Assembly: GCA_047285305.1 (NCBI GenBank)
Contig: JBJBDL010000003.1
Span: 64,001 to 128,000, forward strand
Source: Synechococcus sp.
GTDB taxonomy: Bacteria > Cyanobacteriota > Cyanobacteriia > PCC-6307 > Cyanobiaceae
Length of the DNA: 64,000 nt
Direction: 5' to 3'
In this document: in pieces, positions 10,995 through 20,352 of the stretch
Position numbering within the stretch: position 1 is the stretch's first letter
How the letters are laid out: every line of letters begins with the position of its first letter
Program-made: the position numbers and the translations under genes
Notes under the pieces: model-generated
The model's input: only the letters and a program-made list of their open reading frames with translations
Told to the model about the DNA's origin: nothing
The model's database searches: none

Positions 10995-12125
10995 GTGATT
11001 CCGGAGCTGAATCCACGTCAGCGCGCCTGGGTGGAGGTTTCACCTGCAGCGATTCGGGCCAACGCCAGGGCTCTCTGCCAGCACCTCGGCCCTCGCACCC
11101 AACTGATGGCGGTGGTGAAGGCCGATGGCTACGGCCACGGCGCCGAGACAGTGGCACGGGCTGCCCTTCAGGGGGGAGCCACCAGCCTTGGCGTGGCCAC
11201 GCTCCAGGAAGGCCTTGAACTGAGGCGAGCCGGCCTGGAAGCACCGGTGCTATTGCTCAGCAACCTCAATGAACCGGAGGACCTGCGCACCTGCCTGCAC
11301 TGGCGGTTGATGCCAACCCTGAGCAGCATCAGGGATGCTCAGCTCTGCAACGCTCTAGCAGCCGACAGCGGTCGGTGTTTCGACGTGCAATTGAAGATCG
11401 ACACCGGCATGGCACGGCTGGGCTGCTCCCTCAGCGAGGGACATCAGACCGCAGCGGACCTGCAGAGCCTGGAACACCTCAATCTGGAGGGCATCTACAG
11501 CCATCTGGCCTGTGCCGATGAGCCGAACGATGCCTTGACCAGCCTCCAGCAGGAGCGCTTCGTAAACATGCTTTCGGCCCTGCCCCAAGGAGGCGACGGC
11601 ATCACCCGTCATCTGGCCAACTCCGCAGGGACCCTGCTCAACCGGGAGCTGCACCATGACCTCGTGCGGGTTGGGCTGGCCCTGTACGGCCATGCCCCTG
11701 CAAGTCATCTGAGCAACATCATTCCTCTACAACCCGCCCTGGCCGTTCGTGCCAGGGTCAGCCTGATCCGTGAGGTGCCCGCCGACACAGGGGTCAGCTA
11801 CGGCCACCGCTTCATCACCCAGCGCCCCACTCGGCTTGCGGTGGTGGGCATCGGCTATGCAGATGGTGTTCTGCGGTCCCTCAGCGGGCATATTCACGCC
11901 CTGCATCGCAATCGCCAGCTGCCTCAGGTGGGAGCCATCACCATGGACCAGCTCCTGCTGGATGCCACCGATGCAGCTGAGCTGAAGCAAGGCGACATCG
12001 TCACTCTGCTGGGCCAGGACGGTGACCTGGAGTTAAGCCCTCAAAGCTGGAGCAACCACTGCGGCTCGATTCCCTGGGAGATCCTCTGTGGTTTCAAACG
12101 ACGTCTGCCCCGCGTTGAAGTCTGA
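10995..12125 (+). CDS. alr: Alanine racemase
   Basis: AVVKADGYGHG PLP-lysine motif, KIDTGMARLG, VSYG, GYADG. Confidence 0.97.
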   Translation: MIPELNPRQRAWVEVSPAAIRANARALCQHLGPRTQLMAVVKADGYGHGAETVARAALQGGATSLGVATLQEGLELRRAGLEAPVLLLSNLNEPEDLRTCLHWRLMPTLSSIRDAQLCNALAADSGRCFDVQLKIDTGMARLGCSLSEGHQTAADLQSLEHLNLEGIYSHLACADEPNDALTSLQQERFVNMLSALPQGGDGITRHLANSAGTLLNRELHHDLVRVGLALYGHAPASHLSNIIPLQPALAVRARVSLIREVPADTGVSYGHRFITQRPTRLAVVGIGYADGVLRSLSGHIHALHRNRQLPQVGAITMDQLLLDATDAAELKQGDIVTLLGQDGDLELSPQSWSNHCGSIPWEILCGFKRRLPRVEV

Positions 12126-12162
12126 CCAACTGCCGAGCACTTGGTACTCTGGATGCGCCGCT

Positions 12163-12251
12163 GGAGAGGTGGCTGAGTGGTTGAAAGCGGCTCCCTGCTA
12201 AGGAGTTACAGGAGGCAACTTCTGTCGAGGGTTCGAATCCCTCCCTCTCCG
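12163..12251 (+). tRNA. trnS: tRNA-Ser(GCT)
   Basis: GGAGAGG/CCTCTCC acceptor stem, anticodon arm GCTCC-CTGCTAA-GGAGT, long variable arm, GGTTCGAATCC T-loop; CCA not encoded. Confidence 0.96.
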
Positions 12252-12267
12252 TTCCAAGTACTTGAAC

Positions 12268-13182
12268 TCAATCCGCCGGCTCCTCTGAGCTGGTGAACAG
12301 ATTGAGTTGACGTGCCAGCTCCGGCAAAAGGGATGCGTCCCTAGCACGATCAGGCCCCGTGGTGAAGACCACCAGCAAGCTGGGCGGCTGCTGTTCGGAC
12401 GACTGGAACCAGGCGGCGTCATGACGGGCCTGACTCATCCAGCCGGCCTTACTCCACAGCAGCGCATCCTCAGGCAGCCCCTCGCCCAGAAAGCCATCCA
12501 CCTGGTTTTCAGGATCAGCACGACGCTGCTTTTGATCGAGCGAGCGCCGCAACAGACCCTGCAGCCGACGACAGGCCGGTGGCGACACCACCGCACCGGT
12601 CATCACCGCCTCCAGCATCCGGGCTGTCGCAAGTGTGGACAAGCCATTGCGGTTGCCGTTGTCGGCCCCATAGAACATTTTTTCCCGGCCGAAGGGACCA
12701 TCACCCCAGGTCTTCTGGCAGCAATTCACCGCCTCAAGTTCCGGCCAAGCCAAGCTCTGCAACCAGCCATTGATCAAGCGACGCTGCTGCGTCCAAAACT
12801 CCCAGCGTTCGCCATGGAGGACAGGGCCGCTGGTGGTGCCTGTGAGCAGATCAACCACAAGGCCCGTGGCATCGTTGCTGGAGTCGGCGATCATGTCGCG
12901 CATCGCGCGACTCAATTCGTCGCTGTCAGGAATCAAGTCCCGTTGCAGCCACTGCTCAACGGCGACGGCATAGAACAGCTTCACCACGCTGGCCGGATAG
13001 AGGATCCGGTCTTGGTTCCAGGAAGCACCACGGCCCTGACCCGCCTCCGGTGACGCGTCGTCGTACCGCACCCAGGTGATCGCCAGGCTGTTGCGCAGCC
13101 CCGGGCGACCGTCGGCATCGAGCCCATCGAGGGCCGCCTCAAGCCGAGCCGCCATTGCGGGATCGGGACGGTAGAACGCCAT
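12268..13182 (-). CDS. Serine hydrolase, class A beta-lactamase-like / PBP family
   Basis: SxxK (PASVVK), SxN (SSNDA), K(T/A)G (SKAG) motifs. Confidence 0.85.
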   Translation of the reverse strand: MAFYRPDPAMAARLEAALDGLDADGRPGLRNSLAITWVRYDDASPEAGQGRGASWNQDRILYPASVVKLFYAVAVEQWLQRDLIPDSDELSRAMRDMIADSSNDATGLVVDLLTGTTSGPVLHGERWEFWTQQRRLINGWLQSLAWPELEAVNCCQKTWGDGPFGREKMFYGADNGNRNGLSTLATARMLEAVMTGAVVSPPACRRLQGLLRRSLDQKQRRADPENQVDGFLGEGLPEDALLWSKAGWMSQARHDAAWFQSSEQQPPSLLVVFTTGPDRARDASLLPELARQLNLFTSSEEPAD

Positions 13183-13199
13183 AGCGATTCGATTGGGCC

Positions 13200-13928
13200 A
13201 TGGCGACGTTAGGCACCCTGCTGGCCCCGGACCTGATTCAGACAGGCTCCTGTTGGCAGCTGTGCGCTGACGTGAATGGTTATTCGCGATCTGACGGCGC
13301 GATTCTGACCACCCAGGCCTGTCGTGGACGCCGCTTTCGCATTCTGGAGAGGCAGCGCAAGAGGATCGCTGTTCAGCTGCTGGAGGATGGCTACCGCTGC
13401 TGGCTCGAACTCGAGGCGGTTCTGGGGCGAGCTAAGCGATGCGCAGGCTGGCGACCGTCGCCGCTGAGCTCCTCGGAGATTGATCGACGTCTGCCCGGCG
13501 TTCTCGCCTGGAGCGAAACCGCCCAGCAGCATCCCAATGTCTACCTCTGGGGAGGCACCACAGAACCGGACATGGATTGTTCCGGTCTGATGCAGATGGC
13601 CTTCGCCAGCCAGGACATTTGGATTCCGCGAGATGCATATCAACAGGAGCGGTTCTGCCAACCTGTTGCCGCTATCCCCGACGATCACAGCCTGCTGCGC
13701 CCGGGAGATCTGCTGTTTTTTGGCACACGCCAGCGGTGCACCCATGTGGGGCTCCATCTCGGCGATGGCCGCTACCGCCATAGCTCAGGCCAGGACCATG
13801 GGCGCAATGGGATAGGCATCGACAGCCTGCACAGCAGCGATCAACACCCGGTGGCTTGCCATTACAGGGCTGAATTCCGCGGTGCAGGCCGTGTGGTGCG
13901 TTGCCATGACGGATCGCATCTCTCCTGA
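13200..13928 (+). CDS. NlpC/P60 (C40) cell-wall peptidase family protein
   Basis: YLWGG, DCSG, PGDLLFF, HVGL motifs. Confidence 0.9.
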   Translation: MATLGTLLAPDLIQTGSCWQLCADVNGYSRSDGAILTTQACRGRRFRILERQRKRIAVQLLEDGYRCWLELEAVLGRAKRCAGWRPSPLSSSEIDRRLPGVLAWSETAQQHPNVYLWGGTTEPDMDCSGLMQMAFASQDIWIPRDAYQQERFCQPVAAIPDDHSLLRPGDLLFFGTRQRCTHVGLHLGDGRYRHSSGQDHGRNGIGIDSLHSSDQHPVACHYRAEFRGAGRVVRCHDGSHLS

Positions 13929-13988
13929 CGCTGTCAGCCGGATTAACCGGGCCCCGGCTTAAGTTGAGCAAATCGCAGCGCGACCGGC

Positions 13989-14951
13989 ATGAGTGCACCC
14001 CTGAATCTCTCGGTGGTGGTGCCCCTGTACAACGAAGAGGAAAGCCTGCCTCATCTGGTTGAGCAGCTCCTTTCGGCGCTGCGTCCAACCGACGAAGCGT
14101 TTGAGCTGGTCCTGGTCGACGACGGATCCAGCGACGGCACCGCGAAAGTGCTGGCCAAGCTCAGCGCAGAAGTCCCCGAAGTGGTGGCTGTGCTGCTGCG
14201 AAAAAATTATGGCCAGACAGCTGCCATGGCGGCAGGGTTTGATGTGGCTGGCGGAGAGGTGATCGTCAGCCTCGATGGAGATCTGCAGAACGATCCAGCC
14301 GACATCCCCATGCTGCTGGCCAAACTGCGAGAGGGGTACGACCTCGTCAGTGGCTGGCGCCATCAGCGCCAGGACGCCGCCCTCCAGCGCAAACTTCCCT
14401 CCCGGATCGCCAACCGCTTGATCGGCCGGGTGACTGGGGTACGGCTGCATGACTACGGCTGCTCTCTCAAGGCCTACCGCCGCGAGGTGCTCTCAGACAT
14501 GCGGCTTTATGGGGAGCTGCATCGCTTTCTTCCCGCCCTGGCCTTCATCGAGGGTGCACGAATCACCGAAGTGAAGGTGAACCACCGGGCGCGTCAGTTC
14601 GGCAGCAGCAAGTACGGGATCGATCGCACCTTCCGTGTGCTGATGGATCTGCTCACCGTCTGGTTCATGAAGCGTTTTCTGACCAGGCCGATGTATGTGT
14701 TCGGTTTCGGTGGGCTGCTGGCCATCGCCGCCAGCCTGATCACCAGCACCTATCTCCTGGTGATCAAGGTGATGGGAGGCGACATTGCAAATCGCCCATT
14801 GCTCACCCTTGCGGTGGTGCTTTGGTTGGCGGGCATTCAATTGTTCTGCTTCGGACTGCTAGGCGAACTGCTGATCCGCACTTACCACGAAAGCCAAGAC
14901 CGACCGATTTATCGCATCCGCGAAACATTGCGCGGCGGCCGAGCCGGCTGA
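13989..14951 (+). CDS. Glycosyltransferase family 2 (DPM1/ArnC-like, two C-terminal TM helices)
   Basis: SVVVPLYNEE, VDDGSSD, NYGQ, DGDLQNDP, HRFLP. Confidence 0.92.
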   Translation: MSAPLNLSVVVPLYNEEESLPHLVEQLLSALRPTDEAFELVLVDDGSSDGTAKVLAKLSAEVPEVVAVLLRKNYGQTAAMAAGFDVAGGEVIVSLDGDLQNDPADIPMLLAKLREGYDLVSGWRHQRQDAALQRKLPSRIANRLIGRVTGVRLHDYGCSLKAYRREVLSDMRLYGELHRFLPALAFIEGARITEVKVNHRARQFGSSKYGIDRTFRVLMDLLTVWFMKRFLTRPMYVFGFGGLLAIAASLITSTYLLVIKVMGGDIANRPLLTLAVVLWLAGIQLFCFGLLGELLIRTYHESQDRPIYRIRETLRGGRAG

Positions 14952-15376
14952 CGGATCGGGGAAGCGGCCGGCGCACCGCGGAACGGTGAGATCGCAGCGG
15001 CAGCTTCTTCCACCACACGCGCATCGCTGTCACGCAGCGCTTGGCGCAGCAGGGGGAGAGCCGAACGATGTCCCCATCGAGCGGCCAAACGAACGGCGCG
15101 CAAACGCTCCTCGGGTCCAGCCTCCATATCAGCCTTGAGGCGACGCTCCAGGGCAAGACGCTCCAGGGGACTGCTCGGTGCCGTCCAGGACTCCAGGGAA
15201 ATATCGGCTGATTCCCCATCAGAGACAGGCTCGATCACCAGTTCCAACTGGGCACGATTGATCTGTGCGACACGGCTGGCATCCGTGCTGGAGAGCATCG
15301 GCTTCACCGGCTTCCTGCGCAACCAGAGCACCACCGTGAGCAGCACGACGGCACCAGGGAGGAGAACGTTCTGCAT
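14909..15376 (-). CDS. HEAT-repeat-containing membrane-anchored protein
   Basis: N-terminal hydrophobic helix; ALPLLRQALRDSDARVVEEAAAA HEAT-like repeat. Confidence 0.7.
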   Translation of the reverse strand: MQNVLLPGAVVLLTVVLWLRRKPVKPMLSSTDASRVAQINRAQLELVIEPVSDGESADISLESWTAPSSPLERLALERRLKADMEAGPEERLRAVRLAARWGHRSALPLLRQALRDSDARVVEEAAAAISPFRGAPAASPIRQPARPPRNVSRMR

Positions 15377-15466
15377 GCGGATTGAACTTTTATGTCGCCG
15401 TCGGGGCCTAAAGCAGGCCGTCAGAACGGACCTACTTACAGTAGCTGCGAAGCTTTTGGCCTCGAC

Positions 15467-15583
15467 ATGACTGGAGATTTCGCTGCTGCCTGGCTGCCTG
15501 CGATTTTCGTACCCATCACAGGAATCGTGTTCCCCGCAGTGTTCATCGTCCTTGTTGGTCGAGTGATCACCGCTGCCGAGTGA
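15467..15583 (+). CDS. psaI: Photosystem I subunit VIII
   Basis: [25 protein letters not shown], 38 aa, immediately upstream of psaL. Confidence 0.93.
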   Translation: MTGDFAAAWLPAIFVPITGIVFPAVFIVLVGRVITAAE

Positions 15584-15626
15584 ACGCGACCTGCGGACCG
15601 TTTCAACCTCTCAGCACTCGTACCTC

Positions 15627-16118
15627 ATGACCGTCACTCCTGCTGCTGATCCCTGCGTCGGCAACCTTGCGACACCCGTCAATAGCGGCTATTTCATCAA
15701 GGGCCTGATCAACAACCTGCCCCTCTACCGCCCAGGGATTTCCCCGAACTTCCGTGGTCTGGAAACCGGTGCAGCCTTCGGCTACCTGCTCTACGGCCCC
15801 TTCACCATCTGTGGTCCCCTGCGTGCCACGGAGTACCAGCAAACCGCTGGCCTGCTGGCTGCCATCGGCGCCGTGCACATCCTCAGCCTGCTGTTCCTGC
15901 TCTACAACCAGCCCGGCAAGCAACCCAACATCCCCCCTGCAGATGTGACGGTTGAAAATCCCCCCGCCGACCTCTTCACCCGCACCGGTTGGGCTGACTT
16001 CACCAGTGGGTTCTGGCTCGGTGGTTGCGGCGGTGCCGTTTTCGCCTGGTTCCTTTGCAACACCGTTCACGTGCAGGAGCTGTTCAAGATCGCTGCTGGT
16101 GTCTGGAGCGTGGGCTGA
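15627..16118 (+). CDS. psaL: Photosystem I subunit XI
   Basis: [29 protein letters not shown] motifs. Confidence 0.96.
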   Translation: MTVTPAADPCVGNLATPVNSGYFIKGLINNLPLYRPGISPNFRGLETGAAFGYLLYGPFTICGPLRATEYQQTAGLLAAIGAVHILSLLFLLYNQPGKQPNIPPADVTVENPPADLFTRTGWADFTSGFWLGGCGGAVFAWFLCNTVHVQELFKIAAGVWSVG

Positions 16119-16152
16119 AGCCATCCACTGAAACAGCCAACCAAAATCATTC

Positions 16153-16192
16153 ATCCCCCGATTGCCTGATTCCAGGCGATAGGGGGATTTTT
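16153..16192 (+). terminator. Intrinsic terminator after psaL
   Basis: ATCCCCC-G-ATTGCCTG-ATTC-CAGGCGAT-A-GGGGGAT followed by TTTT. Confidence 0.75.
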
Positions 16193-16226
16193 CCTGGCAG
16201 GATTCATTCACATTTGAGACGTCCCG

Positions 16227-19200
16227 GTGCGGTCGATCTCCCAGCCGTTTCTTCGGCGGCCGGTTCTGACGGTCGTCTGCAGCCTGCTGATCCTTTTGGC
16301 GGGCTGCAGGGCATTGTTCGGCCTGGGGCTGGAGGATCTTCCGCCCCTAGCTCCCACACGCGTGAGTGTGACCGCCAGCTTCCCAGCGGCTTCACCGGAG
16401 GTGGTGGAGCAGAGCGTGACCCGAGTATTGGAACAACAGCTGAATGGCCTTGAAGGGGTCGAAAGCATCAGCTCAACCAGTAGGCAGGGCGGCGCCAGCA
16501 TCTCGTTGCGGTTCAACGCGGGTGATCCTGAGCTAAATGCGATCAAGGTTCAGAACGAGGTGAACCTGGCCAGCCGCCGGCTCCCACTGGCCGTAACGCG
16601 CCAGGGGCTCCAGGTGCGGCGCTCCTCGGAAGACCTGTTGATGATCCTGGGGTTCAGCCACCCTCCGGATCAATACATCCCCACCTTTCTCATCGGCTGG
16701 CTGGACCAGACCCTGCGGGACGCGCTGCTCAGCACACCAGGCATCGGTGATGTGCGGATCTTCGGGAGCAGTGAACTCTCATATCGCCTTTGGTTGAATC
16801 CGCAACGCCTCGAACAGACCAAACTCACCCTTGGCGATGTCAGCCGAGCTCTGGCTGAACAGAACGTTTTGGCTGCCATTGGCAGCATCGGGGCTGCCCC
16901 AGTTCCAGCGGGCCAAGTGCTGAGCCTTCCGGTGGAAGCGGAAGGGCGTCTTCGCAGCCAATCGGATTTCGAGAATCTCGTCTTGCGTCGGCTCGACAAC
17001 GGCGGGCTGCTGCGCCTGAAGGATGTGGGACGGGTTGCCCTCGGACAGCGCAACTACGGACGAGAGGCCATGAATCTGGCTGGCGAGCGTTCGGTGGCCG
17101 TGGGGATCTACCAGCGCGATGGGGCCAATGCCCTAGAGGTGAGCAGGGCGATCAAGCGCAAGCTGAAGCAGTTGGAAGCGAGCTTTCCCCCGGGCATCGA
17201 GCTCTCAATGATCGTGGATGTGGCCGACACGGTTCAGGCCAACCTCGATCGCACCTTCATCACCTTGCGCGATGCCGTGCTGCTGGTGCTAGTGGTTCTG
17301 GTGCTGTTTCTGGGCCGCTGGCGTCTCGCCCTGATCCCTGGTCTTGCCGTGCCGGTGGCGCTGGTGGGAAGCCTCAGCCTGGTGAAACTGAGCGGTTCCA
17401 ATCTCAACAGCCTGATCCTGTTTGGACTGGTGCTGGCCACCGGGATCGTTGTGGATGACGCCATCGTCGTGAGCGAAGACATCGCCGGACGCATCGAACG
17501 GGGAACACCCCCCGAACAGGCGGCCGAAGACGCCATGGCCGAGCTGGCGACGGCCGTTGTGGCCACCTCATTGGTGCTGGCAGCCGTGTTCCTACCCGTG
17601 CTGCTCATTCCCGGATCGATCGGACGCCTCTATCAACCGATCGCCCTGGCCATCAGCGGAGCGATTCTGTTCTCCACCTTGAATGCGCTCAGCTTCACCC
17701 CGATGGCCTGCGCCCGGGTGTTGGGGTCACGGGGCGGCCGTCTTCCTGGGGCCATCGGCAAGCTCAGCCGCTGGCTTCGGCAGGGCATGCAAACCGTGCA
17801 ATCCCACTACGCGAAACAACTCGAGCACTGGCTGCAGCGCAAGCGACGCATCGCCCTCGTGCTGCTGAGCGGCCTTGTCATCACGGCCTCAGGATTGGCG
17901 GTGATGCCGACGGCGTTCATCCCCGATGACGACCAAGGCCAGATCCGCGGCTACTTCACCCTGCCCGACGGCGCCAGCCTTGAGCGCAGCGTGGCCGTGA
18001 TGGACGACATCCGACGCATCGTCAGCGAAGAGCCCCTGGTGCGCACCGGCAACTTTTATGCCGGCAGCTCCTTCGGACAGAGCGGAGAAGACCGTGGATC
18101 GTTTTACTTGCGCCTTCAGCCACTCAAGGACCGACCTGGCAAAGAGCGAAGCAGCAACGCCATCAAACGCCGTCTCAATCGCAAGATTCAGCAACGGGTT
18201 GGTGAGGCCAGGGTCGTGCTGATCACCCCACCAACCGTGCGGGGCTTCAACAGTGAATCAGGACTTACGCTGGAACTGCTGGACCGCAGCGGAGGGCAAC
18301 TCAGCCTGAAGCAATTCGGCCAAGTCGCCCAGAATTTCATCAAGACGGCCAAGGCGACAGACCGATTTGAACGGGTGAGCACCCGCTTTGATGCCAGCTT
18401 CCCCCGCTGGCGGCTGGAGCTCGACCGCGACCAACTGGCTGCTCTCGAGCTCGACTACGGCACAACGCTGCGGGAGATCGGCACCGCCTTCGGCGGCCGC
18501 TACATCGATGACACCTACGAGGACGGTCGAATCCGCTCCATCGTTCTTCAGCTGGAAGGCAGCGAGCGACGTCGGCCGGAAGATCTCACCGGGCTGATGG
18601 TGCGCAACCGCAGCGGTGAGCTGGTGTCGGTAGCCAGCGTGGCCAACCTGACCCTCGAGGAGGGCGTCAACAACATTCGCCACTTCGGACTCAACCGGGC
18701 CATCCAGATCACGGCCATCCCCGCGCCAACGGTCAGCAGCGGTGAAGCCATCGATGCCCTCACCCAGGCCGGTGATCGCATTGGAGGCAGCAACATCGGC
18801 CTGGCCTTCACAGGCCTGGCGTTAGAGGAACAACGGGCTGGGCAGGTGACCTGGGTGCTGTTCGCCCTCGGCGTGACGGTGGTCTATCTGCTGCTAGCCG
18901 CTCTCTACGAGAGTTTCATTGACCCGTTGATCATCCTGCTCACGGTGCCGATGGCCCTGCTCGGAGCTCTGATTGGCTTGAAATTGCGGGGCCTTCCACT
19001 GGATGTTTACGGCCAGATGGGACTCCTGGTGCTGGTGAGCCTGGCGGCCAAGAACGGAATTCTGATAGTGGAATTCGCCAACCAGCGGATGGCGGCTGGC
19101 CTGGCCCTGCGCGACGCCGTTGTGGATGCGGCCGTGAACCGGATGCGCCCGATCCTGCTGACAGCGGTCACATCCCTGGCGGGTTTTCTGCCCCTTCTGT

Positions 19201-19343
19201 TCGCCCAGGGCACGGGAGCCGCCAGCAGGGTCAGCATTGGCACCGTGGTGTTCAGCGGACTGCTGATGGCCTCGTTGCTGTCCCTGTTTGCCGTCCCTGC
19301 CGTTTATCTGATGCTGAAACGCGATCGAAGGCCCACCGCGTAG
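16227..19343 (+). CDS. RND (AcrB/AcrD/AcrF family) efflux permease
   Basis: 1038 aa; FLRRPV, GIVVDDAIVVSE, AAKNGILIVEFA, RMRPILLT motifs. Confidence 0.95.
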   Translation: MRSISQPFLRRPVLTVVCSLLILLAGCRALFGLGLEDLPPLAPTRVSVTASFPAASPEVVEQSVTRVLEQQLNGLEGVESISSTSRQGGASISLRFNAGDPELNAIKVQNEVNLASRRLPLAVTRQGLQVRRSSEDLLMILGFSHPPDQYIPTFLIGWLDQTLRDALLSTPGIGDVRIFGSSELSYRLWLNPQRLEQTKLTLGDVSRALAEQNVLAAIGSIGAAPVPAGQVLSLPVEAEGRLRSQSDFENLVLRRLDNGGLLRLKDVGRVALGQRNYGREAMNLAGERSVAVGIYQRDGANALEVSRAIKRKLKQLEASFPPGIELSMIVDVADTVQANLDRTFITLRDAVLLVLVVLVLFLGRWRLALIPGLAVPVALVGSLSLVKLSGSNLNSLILFGLVLATGIVVDDAIVVSEDIAGRIERGTPPEQAAEDAMAELATAVVATSLVLAAVFLPVLLIPGSIGRLYQPIALAISGAILFSTLNALSFTPMACARVLGSRGGRLPGAIGKLSRWLRQGMQTVQSHYAKQLEHWLQRKRRIALVLLSGLVITASGLAVMPTAFIPDDDQGQIRGYFTLPDGASLERSVAVMDDIRRIVSEEPLVRTGNFYAGSSFGQSGEDRGSFYLRLQPLKDRPGKERSSNAIKRRLNRKIQQRVGEARVVLITPPTVRGFNSESGLTLELLDRSGGQLSLKQFGQVAQNFIKTAKATDRFERVSTRFDASFPRWRLELDRDQLAALELDYGTTLREIGTAFGGRYIDDTYEDGRIRSIVLQLEGSERRRPEDLTGLMVRNRSGELVSVASVANLTLEEGVNNIRHFGLNRAIQITAIPAPTVSSGEAIDALTQAGDRIGGSNIGLAFTGLALEEQRAGQVTWVLFALGVTVVYLLLAALYESFIDPLIILLTVPMALLGALIGLKLRGLPLDVYGQMGLLVLVSLAAKNGILIVEFANQRMAAGLALRDAVVDAAVNRMRPILLTAVTSLAGFLPLLFAQGTGAASRVSIGTVVFSGLLMASLLSLFAVPAVYLMLKRDRRPTA

Positions 19344-19360
19344 GGTGCGCTCTCGATCCA

Positions 19361-20341
19361 ATGGTTCTGCTGCTGGAGGGAACGATGAACATCACCTTGC
19401 GGGCGACGACGGCAACCAGTTCCCAGGCGCAGTTCTTCGATTACGCCTCAGCGGCCAATCCCCTGCAGCAGGGGCTGATCAGCACAATCCCCTACCGCAG
19501 CTTTTCGGCCAGTTTTTTTGATCAAGCCGGAACGGCCCTGCAACCTCTTGATTTAAGTGCCGACTTGCACTGCGAAGGCCCAGCCACCGGTCCATCGCTC
19601 TGCGGCAACTTCATCCGACTGGATCAGGGATCCCTGCGCACCCATGCGGATGCGACCAGTCAGCTGTTCTTCGTGGCCCGAGGCCATGGACAAACTGAAG
19701 CCTGTGGTCAGGTTTTTCACTGGAGCGAGGGAGACACGTTCGTGCTTCCGGCGGGCGGTGAAGCCATTCACAGCAGCGACACCCATGCAGGCCTGTATTG
19801 GGTGCACGATGCCCCTTTGCTTCGTTATCTGGGGGTGAGCACCGTGAAACCGGTGTTCGAGCCCTGCTTCTACAGCCATCAGGATGCTCGCGCGCAGCTG
19901 GATGCCATCGCCAGCAATCCCCGCGGAGCCAACGCCAATCGCGTGAGTGTGCTGTTGGGAAACAACGCCTTCCCTCAGACGCGCACCGTCACCCACACCC
20001 TCTGGGCCATGTTGGGAATCCTCCCCGCAGGCCAGGTGCAGCGGCCCCACCGACACCAGTCAATCGCCCTTGATTTTGCGGTGGCCTGCCAACCGGGTTG
20101 CTACACGATGATCGGCACCGAGCTGGATGAGAACGGGATGATCCGCAACGGGCACCGGGAAGACTGGGCAGCCGGTGCAGCCTTCGTGACCCCGCCCGGC
20201 TACTGGCACTCCCACCACAACGAATCCGGCGCCGACGCCTACGTGCTGCCCATTCAGGATGCCGGCCTGCACACCTATCTGCGCACGCTCGACATTGCCT
20301 TCAGCAACAGGGGCCGGGCTGACTTAACCAACACCCCATAG
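19361..20341 (+). CDS. Bicupin protein, gentisate 1,2-dioxygenase-like
   Basis: Two cupin barrels (WSEGDTFVLP; WAAGAAFVTPPGYWHSHHN); QRPHRH metal motif; start may be 19385. Confidence 0.75.
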   Translation: MVLLLEGTMNITLRATTATSSQAQFFDYASAANPLQQGLISTIPYRSFSASFFDQAGTALQPLDLSADLHCEGPATGPSLCGNFIRLDQGSLRTHADATSQLFFVARGHGQTEACGQVFHWSEGDTFVLPAGGEAIHSSDTHAGLYWVHDAPLLRYLGVSTVKPVFEPCFYSHQDARAQLDAIASNPRGANANRVSVLLGNNAFPQTRTVTHTLWAMLGILPAGQVQRPHRHQSIALDFAVACQPGCYTMIGTELDENGMIRNGHREDWAAGAAFVTPPGYWHSHHNESGADAYVLPIQDAGLHTYLRTLDIAFSNRGRADLTNTP

Positions 20342-20352
20342 CCAACCCAACC

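Noticed and set aside
12163..12300. tRNA-Ser as a possible island integration site
   Set aside because: No integrase, no duplicated tRNA 3' end seen, and the flanking genes are housekeeping.
12268..13182. Antibiotic-resistance beta-lactamase
   Set aside because: No evident signal peptide or mobile context. Fits the chromosomal cyanobacterial serine hydrolase/PBP-like family.
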